Of a stretch of 64,000 nucleotides of DNA, positions 1 through 12,399 are shown in pieces. A program made the position numbers and the translations under genes. The notes beneath the pieces were generated by a model. The model was given only the letters and a program-made list of their open reading frames with translations, was not told where the DNA came from and ran no database searches. Positions within the stretch are counted from its first letter, which is position 1. Every line of letters begins with the position of its first letter. This DNA comes from Lama guanicoe (Eukaryota), in contig MU056063.1 in the NCBI GenBank assembly GCA_013239625.1, positions 8,742,122-8,806,121 of the forward strand. The letters run 5' to 3'.

Positions 1-349
1 CTGGCCCCGGCCTGTGGGTGGGCTACCTCCTGCACTGGCCTGGGCCTGTCCTTTCTGGCTGGAAAGTCCTTGTGGGTCTAAGCAAGAGGGAAGCAGGCTA
101 CCTGGCGTGCATCTTCACTGCCCTTTAGGCCATCGGGCTACAGTCACAGTTGCCTTCACAGACCGCAGGGCACAGGCTGGGGCTGAACTGTGGGGTTGGA
201 GCCAGCGATGCCCACGGATGAGGCTCTATTCGGCAGTCTGCCCCCGCCCCTACCATGGCAGGAGCCCACCTGGACCAGCGGCTCCCCCATCACGGATGCG
301 GGAGCAGCTCCCAGGTGGACCCGCGCTCCACACCTGTGTCCCCATCCAC

Positions 350-900
350 GTGTTAGATGTCCTGGCCTGATGTCACAGTCACCTCAAATTCCACACATAC
401 CTCTCTATCTTCCCCGCCTCAAATCCCTCTTCCTCTGTATTCCACCGCCCGCACGTGTGGTGGCCGAGCCCACTTTTTCCCCACACCCGACCCCACAATC
501 CCTCCTGCACTCAGGCTGCAGCTTCATCACCGCCATCTTCCAACAGGCCCTAAATTGGTCCTCTCCTCTGCTCCCAGCGCTTCCTGCACCCTAGCTCTCA
601 TGACTCCCGAACCCCTGTCCCAGCCCGGCTCTTCCTCACTGCTGCCAAGATATGCTCTGTCCCCACCAGCCCAGATAGCTGCACCGTTTCCCAAGGCCCT
701 CTCCCGCCGGCCCCACCCCTTACCTGTCCGTGGCCCCACCTGCACCTTCCACGGCGCCACAGGGACAACAGACCCTGCACTTTGTCTCCATTCGAGAGCC
801 CTGTCCTCTTCCTGGCCTGACTCCTGCCCATCCCAGCGCCCCCGAGAAGTCTTCCAAGACCCTTCCCGACCCACCTCCCCAGCCATGAAGGAGGGTCCTT
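350..900 (+). mobile_element. Highly decayed L2-like LINE fragment
   Basis: C/T-rich stretch beginning 'gtcacctcaaattccacacatacc' resembles L2 internal sequence; recognised by eye, boundaries approximate. Confidence 0.3.
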
Positions 901-1430
901 CCTGGACCCCGAACACCTGGCCATACCTGCCGCACTAGGCTGCCACGGATTTTCCACTGCAAAGAGGGGAACCACGTCTTCCTCTTTGTCTCACCACTAC
1001 CCACCTGGTGGGCTCTGAATTCAAAGGTTCATGAAAGTAAATGCAGGAGCTGTTGTGAATGTCAGGTCAGATTCTCACACGCGGAGGCTCTCAAAACAAG
1101 TCGAGGTTTTGCAAAGAGGGCAAGTTCCTCCCCCATGGTGAGCATGGCCAGCTGTGCGCACTTTTCATCAGCGCGGCTACAGTTAATCCTCAAAACTCCG
1201 CATTTCTCTCATGAATTATGTATCTGCACTAATAAAAACCAATCAAGGCAAAGTCCTAGGAGGTACATGTTATCAGGGACTGGTTCCAGCCGTGTAAGGT
1301 CAAGATCCTACAGAACTTCTCTTACTCAAGCAGTCAGCGTCCCGTGTGTCATCGGGTGGGAAAGCCTTGATTCTGCTGCTCTGTTCCGCTTGGTGGAGCC
1401 CCCATACCAATCACCTCGACGACTAAGTTG

Positions 1431-1555
1431 GGGGCGGTAATTAGGTTTTGTTCGTTCGTTTGTTTGTTTTTATGTTCAATGGAGGTACTGGGGATTGAAC
1501 CCAGGACCTCGTGCATGCTAAGCACACACTCTACCACGGACCTCTACCCCCTCCT
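1431..1555 (-). mobile_element. tRNA-derived SINE of camelid type
   Basis: Minus strand reads GGGGGTAGAGGTCCGTGGTAGAGTGTGTGCTTAGCATGCACGAGGTCCTGGGTTCAATCCCCAGTACCTCCA, then an A-rich tail and ACCTAATTACC. It has a degenerate Pol III A box and B box GGTTCAATCC, and matches my recollection of the common camel/alpaca SINE. Confidence 0.85.
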
Positions 1556-2118
1556 CTGAACTTTCATTTTTATCGGACTTTCTAAAACGATAGTCTAATA
1601 TCTGCCCTGGGCGTAGCTACCTGCTTTATGTATAGTGGGAAATAACGTTCCCCACTTTCTTCACCCATTTGACAAACAGGTTTGGCTTGTACTCTGTGTC
1701 GCAGATGTGGACATGGGCTCGCCAAGCAGGTACTTGGACGAGTGGGTCTGCAGCTCATGAGATGGGTCTGAACTGAAGACAGAAACCAGAGAGCCTGTGC
1801 GTGTGGGACAGTCACCAGTGGAGAGATGGCGGTGGGAGCCCCGGACGTGGACGCTTCCCAGTGACACATCTGAACTCTGGTTACTTTCTGCAAGTTTAAA
1901 GTATCTCCTTGTGTTAAAGAGCTTTTCACTTTCAATCTGTTTGTAACTTGGAGGGTCTTTCCGTACTTCCTGTTTCATACAGGCTAGTGCCCAGGGTTCT
2001 TGTTTGGGTGTTTTCTTCTTCTTTCCTTTCTCATTTCAGTACAGTGACTGAGGGGGATAACGTATGTGAGTGGGCTCCAAAACACAGTGCACTGTTCCAA
2101 GTGCTGCTGCCCCCATGG

Positions 2119-2341
2119 CCACCACCATCACTGCCACCATCACTGCCTCCACCTTTGTCACTACCTGCATCATTACCTCCACCACCTCCATCACCACCTC
2201 CACCCCCCACCTCCATCACCACCTCCATCTCCTCCACCACCTCCACCTCTTCCACCACCTCCACCCCCCACCTCCATCACCACCTCCACCCCCCACCTCC
2301 ATCACCTCTACCATTATCACTACCCCATAGCCTTCATCACC
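2119..2341. repeat. Low-complexity (CCA/CCT/TCA)n repeat in EDAR intron 4
   Basis: Runs of ccacctccatcaccacctccacccccc; source of the poly-Pro/His/Thr/Gly ORFs. Confidence 0.9.
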
Positions 2342-2850
2342 GCTTTCACTTTCTATCTGTGGCCCTTACAAACATATGTGGTGTGGCCACCAGAGGGAGG
2401 TGGTTACTGGGTGTCAAGGCTATACTTCCCTCGTCCCAAGGCGAATTTGCTAACTGTCTTGCCTGTAAGAAGGAAGAGTCCATCTTTCTGTCTCTCACGC
2501 TAATTGCATTTTTCACTTCGTTTTTTGGGGGAGACTTTTGATATATAACAGGACTGTGGTGGAATTATAGGCACCAAATATGTCTCTAATATTTCTACAA
2601 GCAGCTTTTTACCCTTGGCTTTTTCCAGAATACTAAAAATAGCAAAAGCAATACATTCGTATGGATTCTTTCCTCCAAAGCATGAGAGCTACATTGCTAC
2701 ATTGTCTCATTGTAAATAATCAACAGACCTGTTTGATTTAGGGAGTTAGAAGGTACGATTATGACCACGTCCACATGGGAGACACAGACGCAGGGCCTGA
2801 GTGGGTGCCCTGAGTGGGCTGCCCGTCCTGGGGGAGGCAGCCAACATGTG

Positions 2851-2924
2851 CCCCCCCCACCTCCATCACCAACTCCACCACCTCCGTCTCCACCTCCATC
2901 ACCTCTACCACCTCCATCACCACC
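2851..2924. repeat. Second (CCA/CCT)n low-complexity block
   Basis: ccacctccatcaccaactccaccacctccgtctccacctccatcacctctacca; shares motifs with 2119-2341. Confidence 0.85.
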
Positions 2925-3014
2925 TGGTGCCCCACTGGTGCTGGGGGAGTCCTCACCAATGGGGCCCGCAGGGATTTGGCAGAGAGCGTGGTGGGGGGAC
3001 GGTGCCATGCTCAC

Positions 3015-3196
3015 CCAGGGAGGCAAGGCCCACACTCAGCATCGTTCTCCGCATCCCCTGGAGTCAGCACCGTGGCCCGGAAGAAGCCTTCACAGTCTTT
3101 GTGGCGCCGGCATATCTGGTAGCCTCCTTTGGAGAACTTCTCTGCGGGGCAGGGGACGCAGCCATAGTCCTCATCTTTGGTGCCATAGCCACAGGA
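3015..3196 (-). CDS. EDAR: EDAR exon 4 (182 nt, residues 59-119, cysteine-rich ectodomain)
   Basis: Translates to [60 protein letters not shown](G). Acceptor AG at 3198-3197, donor GTGAGC from 3014; starts phase 0, ends phase 2. Confidence 0.98.
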
Positions 3197-3731
3197 CTGG
3201 TCGGGGAAGGGACAGGGGACCCCATCAGTACAGTGGCTGCCTTGCCATGACCGAACCCGCCATCCTCGGGGCACCAGGTGGCACACTGGTTGTTTACAGG
3301 GGCTTCTCTCGGCCTTGGCGGCCTCACCGTCCTGACTGCTCCGCCCACATCCCTGTTCTGAGCCCTTCTGTCCCCGGTGCCCTAGGCCTGACGCTGCCCT
3401 CCTGATCTGTCCTGGGTAAACTCAACCAGCCAAGCCAATGGGCAGCCAGATGGTGCTGCGGCCCTTGGGGCCCGACTCCCTGGTCTCTGCAAGAACGTGG
3501 ACGTTTTTCTAGCACTGAAGACATCCGTGGTGGCCGTTCCCGAGGCGGGGGGAGTAGCGGCCCTCAGGAGTAGCATGTCGCAGTCCTGCTCCCTGCCAGC
3601 GACAGCAGAGTAGGAAGCCGTCCTGTAGGTCTAACAAGCTTGCTCCCTCCCCTGGTCAGCATCGTCTGTGACCCCCCACAGCTCAGACCACTTAATCTCC
3701 ACTCACCCCAGGTGGTGTGCAGGGGCCTTAC

Positions 3732-3854
3732 CAGGTAGGGCTCCTCCCCCAGCCCACACTGGGGGCACGCGTGGCACAGCCCGGTGGTCTGGTTGTAGAA
3801 CTCGTTCTCCCCGCAGCTGGAGTACTCTGCTCCCGCCGAGCACGTCAGGGATGC
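3732..3854 (-). CDS. EDAR: EDAR exon 3 (123 nt, residues 18-58, end of signal peptide and start of CRD1)
   Basis: Translates to [41 protein letters not shown] with NQT sequon at N38. Acceptor AG at 3856-3855, donor GTAAGG from 3731; in frame with both neighbours. Confidence 0.98.
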
Positions 3855-4431
3855 CTGCCTCGGGGAAGGGGGTCTTTGGCCTCTGAACCCCCGGGAGACC
3901 CGCACATACCTGGGGTCTGTACCCACAGGTGGTGGCTGAAGGATCGGGTGGGGGCCCCTTGGGCCCTGGTGCTCATTTGTCACCAAGTCCCGGGTGCCTT
4001 TAGCTAATGACCTGCTGTCCGAGGCTGCAGCCCAGGCGCCCTATACCCAGGAACTGCCCCCACGCCCTCTGAGTCCCGGTGAGGCCCCTCCCAGCTGCCT
4101 AGAACAGCAGGCTCTCAGTCACGGGTGTCTCTGCTCCTGGGGGGCCCAGGGGCTTGGCCTCCCCCAGTTTTGTGGCCACGGGCATGGAACTTGCCACACA
4201 GACGCCAGGCTGGTACCACGACATGGACCACGAAAGGCAGGTGAGGGCAGCTCCGACCGGAGTGTCTAACTGGGGCGGGGAGCTGGTCAGGGCTCTGCCG
4301 GGGCTGTGCTGTTGTCAACACCCCCATGTCACTGCTCTGCTGATGGGGGCCTAGCCTGGAGGACACAGCTGGCCAGAGCTCCCACGGAACCCCCAGGCGA
4401 GGGCGCAGGCGGCAGGCCCATGGCCACTTAC

Positions 4432-4482
4432 CAACAGGACAGGCAGCCAGGCCGTCCGAGTGCAGCCTTTCTCGTGGGCCAT
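4432..4482 (-). CDS. EDAR: EDAR exon 2 coding part (51 nt, start codon, signal peptide)
   Basis: ATG at 4482-4480 in strong context AGG-ATG-G. Translates to MAHEKGCTRTAWLPVLL (human as recalled: MAHVGDCTQTPWLPVLV). Donor GTAAGT from 4431. Not in the ORF track as such. Confidence 0.95.
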
Positions 4483-4500
4483 CCTCTCCCACGGGTTTAC
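4483..4500 (-). other. EDAR: EDAR exon 2 5'UTR part (18 nt)
   Basis: Acceptor tgtctttcAG ends at 4501, followed by GTAAACCCGTGGGAGAGG and ATG. The 18-nt leader matches the human c.-18 exon start as recalled. Confidence 0.9.
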
Positions 4501-7454
4501 CTGAAAGACACACCTCGTCAGTGCCGGGACCTACCGGCCACGGCCCAGACCCACCTCCATGGCAGACACAGCGGGAATGAATGCGCCCCAAAGGAAAAGG
4601 CAGATTTCAGCTGAGCCCCAGCCCCTCGGATGCCACCATCTGTGGCCCCTCCCCCAGCATCGCACTGTCCTGGAAAAGCCCAAAGACAAAGGCCCAGAGC
4701 CCACGGAGGGCCGATCACTCGTGCCCAGGGGATGGCCACTGTCCTTGTGCCCAGAGAGCCTGAGGAAGCAGGGCTGCTTGGGGATGCCCTGCCCCTCCCC
4801 CCATCGCACCCCACCTCACGCTGCCCCAGCTGCGTCATCCGTCTAACTGCAGAGTTTTAGTGCTGAGATGACAGGGGCGCAGAGACGCCAAGTGCTGCCC
4901 AAGGCCACACGACGGCGGGGCGGGGGTGGGGTGGGGGGCCGGGCTCGGGGCCCAGCAGTTCACAAACTCATTGCCACCCAAATGAAGCATCGTGGTTATT
5001 TTTCACTTGTCCTTTTCAGAAGCAGAGACCTGTGTTTCCCACTCAGAGCCAGTCTGCCTGGGAGCCTGGCTGCACAGAGGGTGGTGGGCTCACCCGGGTG
5101 CCACACGCGGGTCACAGCAGCCTCGCCTGGACCCAGGGTTTGAATTCGTAATCACACAGTACACCCTGTTCTAATGGCTGGGCTGCGTGAGAAGCTTCCA
5201 GAATCAATCTGCTCAGATCAAGGTCAGCTGGCCTTGGGGAGCCCCCATCCCGTCGTGATCACGGAAACCCACAGTCCCCAACCCACGTGGGGACAGGGCG
5301 GGAGCCTCAGAGCAGCAGGCCCGACCAGATGGGGCCCCTTCTACTTCGGAGAAAAGCCCCGAACTTCATGCCTGCAACACAGCATCCTCACGGCACTGGG
5401 AGAAAAGCCACCACAAGGTCACTGGCTGTGAGTCAGGAGGTCAAGGTGGAGAAGTCGGGGTCCGGGGCTGTGGGCAGTCCCTCCGCACAGGCCTTCTTTT
5501 CTAACCTGCTCAGTGAGAATTCTGGGGAGAAGCACCCAACACAAATGTGCGGCCAGAGGCCAGCAGGGGGCTGACCTCAGGAGCACTGAGTCCCCTGCCT
5601 CTCGGCCGGGGGTGTGCTCCGTCCAGCCTCCCACATGAAGTCCAGGTGGGGCTGTGAGCTTTCGTGCTTGTTTATGGTCACAACAAACACAACCTGGGGA
5701 CCTCAGCCCAGTGGACACAGCAGGCTCGACCAAGACCACACACAGCCTGGCTCCCAGTGCGTGATTTCAAAGCTTGCTACACAGAGACCTGTCTGCAGAG
5801 ACAGCCACCAGCTTCTCAATCAGAGTTTTTGGCAGGAGTGAGGCAGGGGTGGGTGACTAGACTGAGGCAGGTTGTGGGGAGCCATCCCTTTTTCCTGAAT
5901 TAGGGGCAGAAACGTGAACTCTGTGACCGAAAGAAAGGCAGGAGGGACGGCTGACCCGGGAGAGGTTTGGACAGGATGCCCCGGTGACCCCAGGGAAGAT
6001 GGGACGCGAGCCCCGAGGCCGAGGTCTTTCTGGATCTCCGCCCTGCTGGCCTGGCTTTCACCCCAGCAACATCAGGCGGCTTCGGGGGAGGGCTTAGGTT
6101 TCCGGAATCTCTTGAAGACACAAGAACTGCCTTTCCCCCACTTTCCCTGCACACAGACCAGCATTCAGAACTCCGTTTTGTTTGAAAACCCCGAACAGAC
6201 CAGGCCAGATGAAAGCGCCAGGCACCGGGCCGTGAACTCCTGGGTGTTTTCCTCCCAGCGAGCGGCAAGCCGGGGCCTGCAGTCCGCCAGGTGGGGAGGG
6301 ACGGCACAGACAAAGGCCGGAACCGGGGAGCCAGCCCCCCGCGGGCAGCGGGCCTGAGTCAGGACGGTGGGTTTCCTCGAGTCTCAGACCTGAGGCTCCC
6401 CCAGGAAACAGCAGCCCTGGAGGCCTTCCAAGGACAATGCCGAGGGTTTCTGACTTAATTGACTTCTAATTATAGCCACGCCTGGGAGTGCCTCCCTGTA
6501 AACACGGGCAGGGCAGGGCCGGGCGGGGCGCACCTCCCTGACGTCCCGGGCCCTGTGGAAAGGCTCACTGAAGACATTCCCAGGCAAACCCGTGGACACA
6601 GAAACAAGACAGAGTCTGTGGCTTTGGGTGCATTTCTGTCATCGACACGACTCCCCAGGAGGAGGGGGTTGGAGGAAGGTGAGGGCGGTGCCCGGGCAGG
6701 GCTCCAGCCCCAGGTCTGAGCCCTCGCGGACAGGGCCCTGCACCTGCAGCGCCCGGGAGCTGGCGGGAGGAGTATCTCCCGTCGTGACCTCTGGCTGATT
6801 CCACTTTGGGGATGCCCAAACCCATGCAGGGCCGCGCCCGGCCCCTCCACTGTCTGAGCCGGTGCTCAAGCCCTGTAACCGCTGCAGCGATCAGGAAACG
6901 GGGTGGGCGCCCTGAAACACCTGCTCCCATCAGCCGACAGACAAGGCTGCTGCCCAGCCTAAGGATGGTCTAGTTCAGGGTCTGCAAACGGCCCAGTGAG
7001 TCCAGCCGCCACGTGGTCCCCCAAATGCTCCTGTGGGAGCACAGCCGCCTCTTGTCAAGACTTACGGCCACCACGACGCCCAGGACCCTGGGAGCCAGTC
7101 AGCCTGGACTGTCCACTATGGGGCCTCCTCCAGAGATCCGCCCTCCTGCTGGCTGACTGCTCCTCCTGAGTCCACTCCCCTGCCGCAGCCCCTTCCTCTG
7201 CAACGTCCACCTCGAATGACAACACAGCAGAGACGGAGCCGCTGCTCTGGCCAGGTCTTCGCTGCCCCACGGGTGCCCAGCTGGGTGGGGGAGAGGGCAG
7301 GCTGGACCCTCAGGCCGTTTGGAGAGTCATCCTGCTGGGATTGTTGGTCTCTCCCCAGCGTCCTATGACCCTGGCCAGTGGCTGGGCCGCTGCTACCCAA
7401 GCAGGAGGGAAAGCATGGTGACTGGGAGCAAGGGCTGGATCACATCTGGGGAGA

Positions 7455-7530
7455 CCACAGTGCCCCTGCTGCCTCGTCTATGAAATGGGGATGAGAAGGG
7501 TGCTCAGCCACGAGGGGGCTGTGGGAGCAG
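7455..7530 (+). mobile_element. Decayed MIR core fragment
   Basis: gcctcgtctatgaaatggggatgag...gggctgtgggag resembles the MIR core (cctcatctgtaaaatggggat...gggttgttgtgag). Confidence 0.45.
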
Positions 7531-10500
7531 CCCACTGCTCCCACCTGGCTGGCCTCACCTGGTCCTGCCCCAGCTACTCTGGGGGCACCACGCCGTCTGA
7601 CCTGCAGGGACCTGGGCTGGGAGCCCGGTGGGGCAGCTGTGCAGTCTCATCTGAGTCCTCAAGTGCCTGGAGTGACGGCGGCGCCCTGCCCTGCCTTCCC
7701 GCAGCTGGAACTCCAGAGCCAAGGGAGGAGCCCAAAATGGAGCTTCCCCCATCCAGGGCTTCCCAACGTGTAAGCTTCACACACCGGCTGTGGAAGTGGA
7801 GAATCAGCCAAAGTTGGAAACATGCTTAGGCCCAGCGTATAAAGTGGGGTCTCCGTCAGAAAACCTCTCGCATCCTCAAGTCCCAGGCGACCGTGTGCTG
7901 AGACCTGGCGCAAAGCAAGATGTCCAGGTAGCTTCAGCTCCCCTCTCTAGAGCAGGGCCTGGGCCGTGGGCACAGCAGAGCGGGTGAGCGGGGCTGCGGG
8001 CTGGGTGACTCCAGGCCCGAGGTGGAGGTGTTCCTGGAGGCCAGAGGTCACGTGGTGGCCGAGAGTCTGGCTTCCTGAGCTCAGGGTGCCCAGATGCCTT
8101 CTCTGAGGGCCTCTCACCCTGGTTCTAGGAAGATTGGTCAGACAGCTGGGCACCCCCCATCCCAGACACAGCAGTTCAGCCAGTTCACACCAGGGCTGGC
8201 CTCTCCAGACGTGAATCCTGCTGGTGGGGCTGGCCTCTAGTGGGCATCCCAGGGATTCTGTCCTGCTTGGAGGAAGGATTTCCGGATGCCCTGCGACCAG
8301 GTGAACAGGCGGCCTCTTGCTCACATGTGAGAATCAGGGACTCTGGCCTCACCTTGGGGGTCAGACAACCAGCAACACGTGTGAGCAGCAGGAGCCACTG
8401 TCTCCATGAGCCCCACGTCAGAGGTGGAGCAGAGGCTGCCCTGGGATGGCTGGAGGCCAGGACTGGAAGAGGCATTGGCCAGGAGCGGGAGGCCTTTCGT
8501 CCCCTGGTCGGATGCGAGCCTGGATGTTCAGACGAGGCCGACACAAAGGCAGAGTTGGGGACGTAAGCCAGGAAGAGCGTGTTGGACCACCATCTGGCCT
8601 TGATGCCAACGTGGGTCCTAGGACAGCAGCGCTGAGTCACCTGGAAGCTCGCTGGCAGTGCGGACCCCTGGCGTCCATGGACCTACCACGTCAGGATCAG
8701 CGTTTCCTCTGGATCCCCCAGCAGCCAGTGCACCTCAATGTCTGGGAAGCCAGTCTGGAAGGCCTCCCAGGAGCATCTTATTCGGGGCTTCATTCCCCAC
8801 AGATCCCAGCCCGGGTTTCCCTGGGTTGAGTTGGAGCTGCTCTGTGCAGCTGCTTACAGACCTGGGGTCGGTGACAGACATGCACACGTCATAACCACAC
8901 AGAGGTCTAGGCCCGTCCTGTGCATCCAGGGCCCCCGCCCGTCTGGGAAGGACCTACCCTGAGGACAGCGGACTCTTGTCCCCATGCTGTCCGGGGCAGG
9001 ACGGAGGCTGCGCCCGGCAGTCGGCGCCCACAGGCAGGCAAGCCCGGACCTCACACTCCCGGGTCTGGTTGGGCCCTCGGCTGCACCTGACCCCTGAAAG
9101 GTGAGGAGGCTGCCTCTCCCCAAGGTTCCTCCTCCAGGAAGGCAGCCAACCTGGGGTGCTGCCTGCCTGGACCTGTGAGCAGGCTTGGTAGGAAGCAGGC
9201 CCTCGATGACTTGTAAAGTGCATGGGTCGGAGGTCCCTCTGTTCGGGGCCCTCCGGTGCCAGTGTGTTCACCTGCTAGGTGCTCAGAAGGTGGTGCTGGC
9301 TGACTGGGCCCCTTGTCCTCATTGGACTGCAGGGACCTGGGATAGAGGTCCTGCTTGCCCCATGGGGAGGTTGGTGCTGCCCTCGGGGTGGTCCACATTC
9401 CGGGACGGGGGTGGACATGGGAGAGGACCCTGGTCCTCACTCAAGCTCTTTGTGGAAAGAGCAGAGGTGCTGGCAGCTGCCTGGTTCTGGGGAAGCAGCC
9501 ACACAGCTCTCCCTGACATCTGCCCACTCCAGCCTCCTCACTCTCCCCCAGCAGGAGGGTCCTCCTCCCCAGATCCCCCAGGAGGCCCCCTTCCCACCAG
9601 CGTAGACAGACTCCTCCATCCCCAGGAGTCTGCAGGTCATTATCAGAGCGGCTGGAAACAGGCCTCTGATCTGATTTATGCTCCCGGGAAGCTCCCGCTC
9701 TTGGTTGGATGGTGCTAATTAACACTAGATTGTGAAGATATTAACCCAATCTCTTTCACTTCTGTTTCTGCCAGACCTGTTTCCGAGAACTCGGGGAGTC
9801 TGGGAGGCATCTGGGGGGCCTCTCGCAGCCCCGACACCTGCACTCAACACAGGCTGGGGCAGGATTTTTAAACGTGGGGCCCTCTTTCTGTTTGGCAACC
9901 CTGCAAATTAAACAGTCTGTCCCATTCCAGGCAGCCTGGCTGTGCGGGCAAGGCCACCCTCCCCGGGCAGTGCAGCCAGCGGTCGAGAGGCAGAGGCTGG
10001 AGAGTCTCGTTCAGACCCCTAAGGGGCCAAGGGTGGGGCTGAGCAGAAGGCTGGGCAGCAGGGGGTTGGGGGGGCCTCCCAGAGCCTTACTCCCCTTCAG
10101 GGGTTCAAAGGGCCAGTCTCCATGTCTGGCGCTCAGGGTCCTTGGGTAGGACTTGAGGGCTGGACAGGTGACCGGCCTCCAGCAGTGTCGCAGAGTGGCG
10201 GATGGTGTCCACACATTCCCATGACACGTATGTCCCTGTGTGTCTATACATATGTGTGCACGTGTACCTATAATTGTTTAGGGACTTCCCCTCCTCTGCT
10301 GGAGGCACACCAGCAGGCCTCACTCCTGGGACAAGCCCAGCACATGAATGAGTGTGTCACACTATTTTGAGTCCTAGGTGGGTCCCTCACTCCTCAGCCG
10401 CAGAATCCCGAGAGCAGTAAAAAGCAAGGAAAACTGGCATCTTGGACACTTCTGTTCACATCTCAGCTTTCTGTTTCACTCAACTCCTCCTGCCCGTGTT

Positions 10501-11129
10501 TATTTTCCCTGCCTGCACACCAGCGGCAGCGTTCATGGTTCCTGCAGGGCCGCGGCCGGCCTGGCCGCAGAGGGCTCCCCGAACACCGGCGCGGCCGCTC
10601 CTGCCTGGGGGGCCGGCTTTGGGCCCCTCCACACTCACGGCGCTCAGCCAGGCTCGTGTGTCTGCGGCGACGGAAGCGGGTCTGCACCCGGAGCAGGGGG
10701 AGCTCTGCCCTGCATTTGGAACAGAGCATGGTGTTGAAACGCTGCTGCCTTCTTGAAGGCCAGGAGGCTTGTGAAAATAATGTGGCCAGGATTTCTCCAC
10801 CCAGAAAGCTCAGACGGAGGGCAGGTATCCTCGCCCTAGCCTCCCGCTGCGAGGTCTGTGCTCACAGACTCATTTCTATTTCATGGAAGGGTCTTGCACA
10901 CGTGGTAAGCCGGGTGAACCTTTCAGAAAAGCCCCTGTTTTAGTGTCTTATCAAAATTGAGGGAAAGCTTTTCCCGGGTGAAATCAGGAAGATTGTTTTA
11001 ACTAAAATGCATCACTTTAAATTAGAAAATGCAAGTTTTCCTAGGACTCGCACATAAACATTTAAACATGAAACTTTGTTGAGACATCATAGCGGCCACT
11101 CTCATTATAGCTTTTTAATATGCGTGATG

Positions 11130-11470
11130 TCCATCCTTCCATCCATCAGTCTATCCACCCTCCATCCGTCCATTCACCCACCATCCACCCAGCATCCATG
11201 CAGTACTTATTGAACCCCTACTTCAGACCAAGCTGAACAACAAGTTATCACAATCCCTGCCCAGGGGGTGCCTCACAACTTGGTGACCGTGAGATTGACG
11301 CCGAGGAGGGGATGAGTGGCCGGAGCAGGGAGAGCCCAAGGGGTGTCGTGTGGGGGGAGAACTGATGTGCCCGGGAGGTCAGGAAAGCTGCCTCCGACAC
11401 AGAGAAGGGGATGGCCAAGGTTGGCCAGGAATCACACTGAAAGGCAGAGGGCAAGATGAAGGGACAGCAG
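11130..11470 (-). mobile_element. L2 3' end with (TCCA)n tail
   Basis: (TCCA)n at ~11130-11200 followed by 'tacttattgaacccctac', the typical antisense L2 3' terminus. Confidence 0.6.
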
Positions 11471-12206
11471 GGCTAAGGCCAGGGAGGCCACGTCCCTCGC
11501 TTCCGCCAGGCACCGCTCTGTCCGCTCTCTGTGCCGCAGAGTCACCTCCTCACCTGTACCAACGGAACCCAGCACTCTCGTTATCTGTGCAGGGGCCACC
11601 GTGCAGGCCCCCCCTCAGGGCACTGTCCTCCTTTCTCTGCTCACACATGTTGGGAAGGCAGTCCTTTCAGCCCTCCCTGCTGCCCCCCGGGCACCGGCGT
11701 CCCCGCTGTGTCCGGGGATGAGGCTGGGCACATGGCAGGTCTCAGCCACAGCAGTCCTGCTCCGCAGCACAACCGAACCACCCCAGCGAGACACTCCTAG
11801 CACCCAAGCCACGTCCGCCGAATGAGAGACCCTGATTTGACGGTGGAGGTGTCCTTTAAGCAGAGGAAGTTGAGGGAAATCATTTACTGGCACTGGGATC
11901 AATAGATTCTGCGTCAGCTGCTGAGCAGAGATGAAGCAGAAGCACCTGGAAGTTAGCCCTATTATAACGCTGCCCCGAGGGGCTGGCCTGCGATCCGTGG
12001 ATTGTTATTGTGGGTAATTAGACGGCTCCCACATGGGTGGCAGAGGCCGCAGGGGGCCTCCCAAGACTGAAAGGGAGCTGGAGGCCAGGGCGCAGCTCTC
12101 CAGGCCTGAGACCCCCCAGGACCCCCATCCGCTCCTCCCTTGGTGCCTCCATTTGAGGCCTGGAGTCAGAGCGGGAAGGGGGCCTCCCCCGTGGGCAGCT
12201 GTGTGT

Positions 12207-12255
12207 GTGGGCTGCCGGGTGCGTGGGCTGCCGGGTGCGTGGGCTGCCGGGCCGC
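12207..12255. repeat. 16-bp GC-rich tandem repeat, about 3 copies
   Basis: (gtgggctgccgggtgc)x2 plus gtgggctgccggg. Confidence 0.85.
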
Positions 12256-12399
12256 CGGGCCGGGTCAGGACCTCCACCGCCACCTGGGGGCCCGCGGGCC
12301 CAGCACAGCGAGCAGATGGAGTTGGAGCTGAGCAGTCTCATGTTGCCTCGGAACTGGCGGCTTTCGTTCTGGTTCATGGTTCTCATTGCTGAGACTTTA

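Noticed and set aside
1470-1555. tRNA-like sequence with A and B boxes
   Set aside because: A-rich tail, degenerate A box and no full cloverleaf; it is a SINE, not a tRNA gene.
1-3014. EDAR exon 5 (expected YYMLENRPRNIYGMVC...)
   Set aside because: No match found; it presumably lies left of the window.
1948-3405. Poly-Pro/His/Thr/Gly ORFs resembling extensin or formin
   Set aside because: Translations of the (CCA)n repeats and of the antisense strand of EDAR exon 4.
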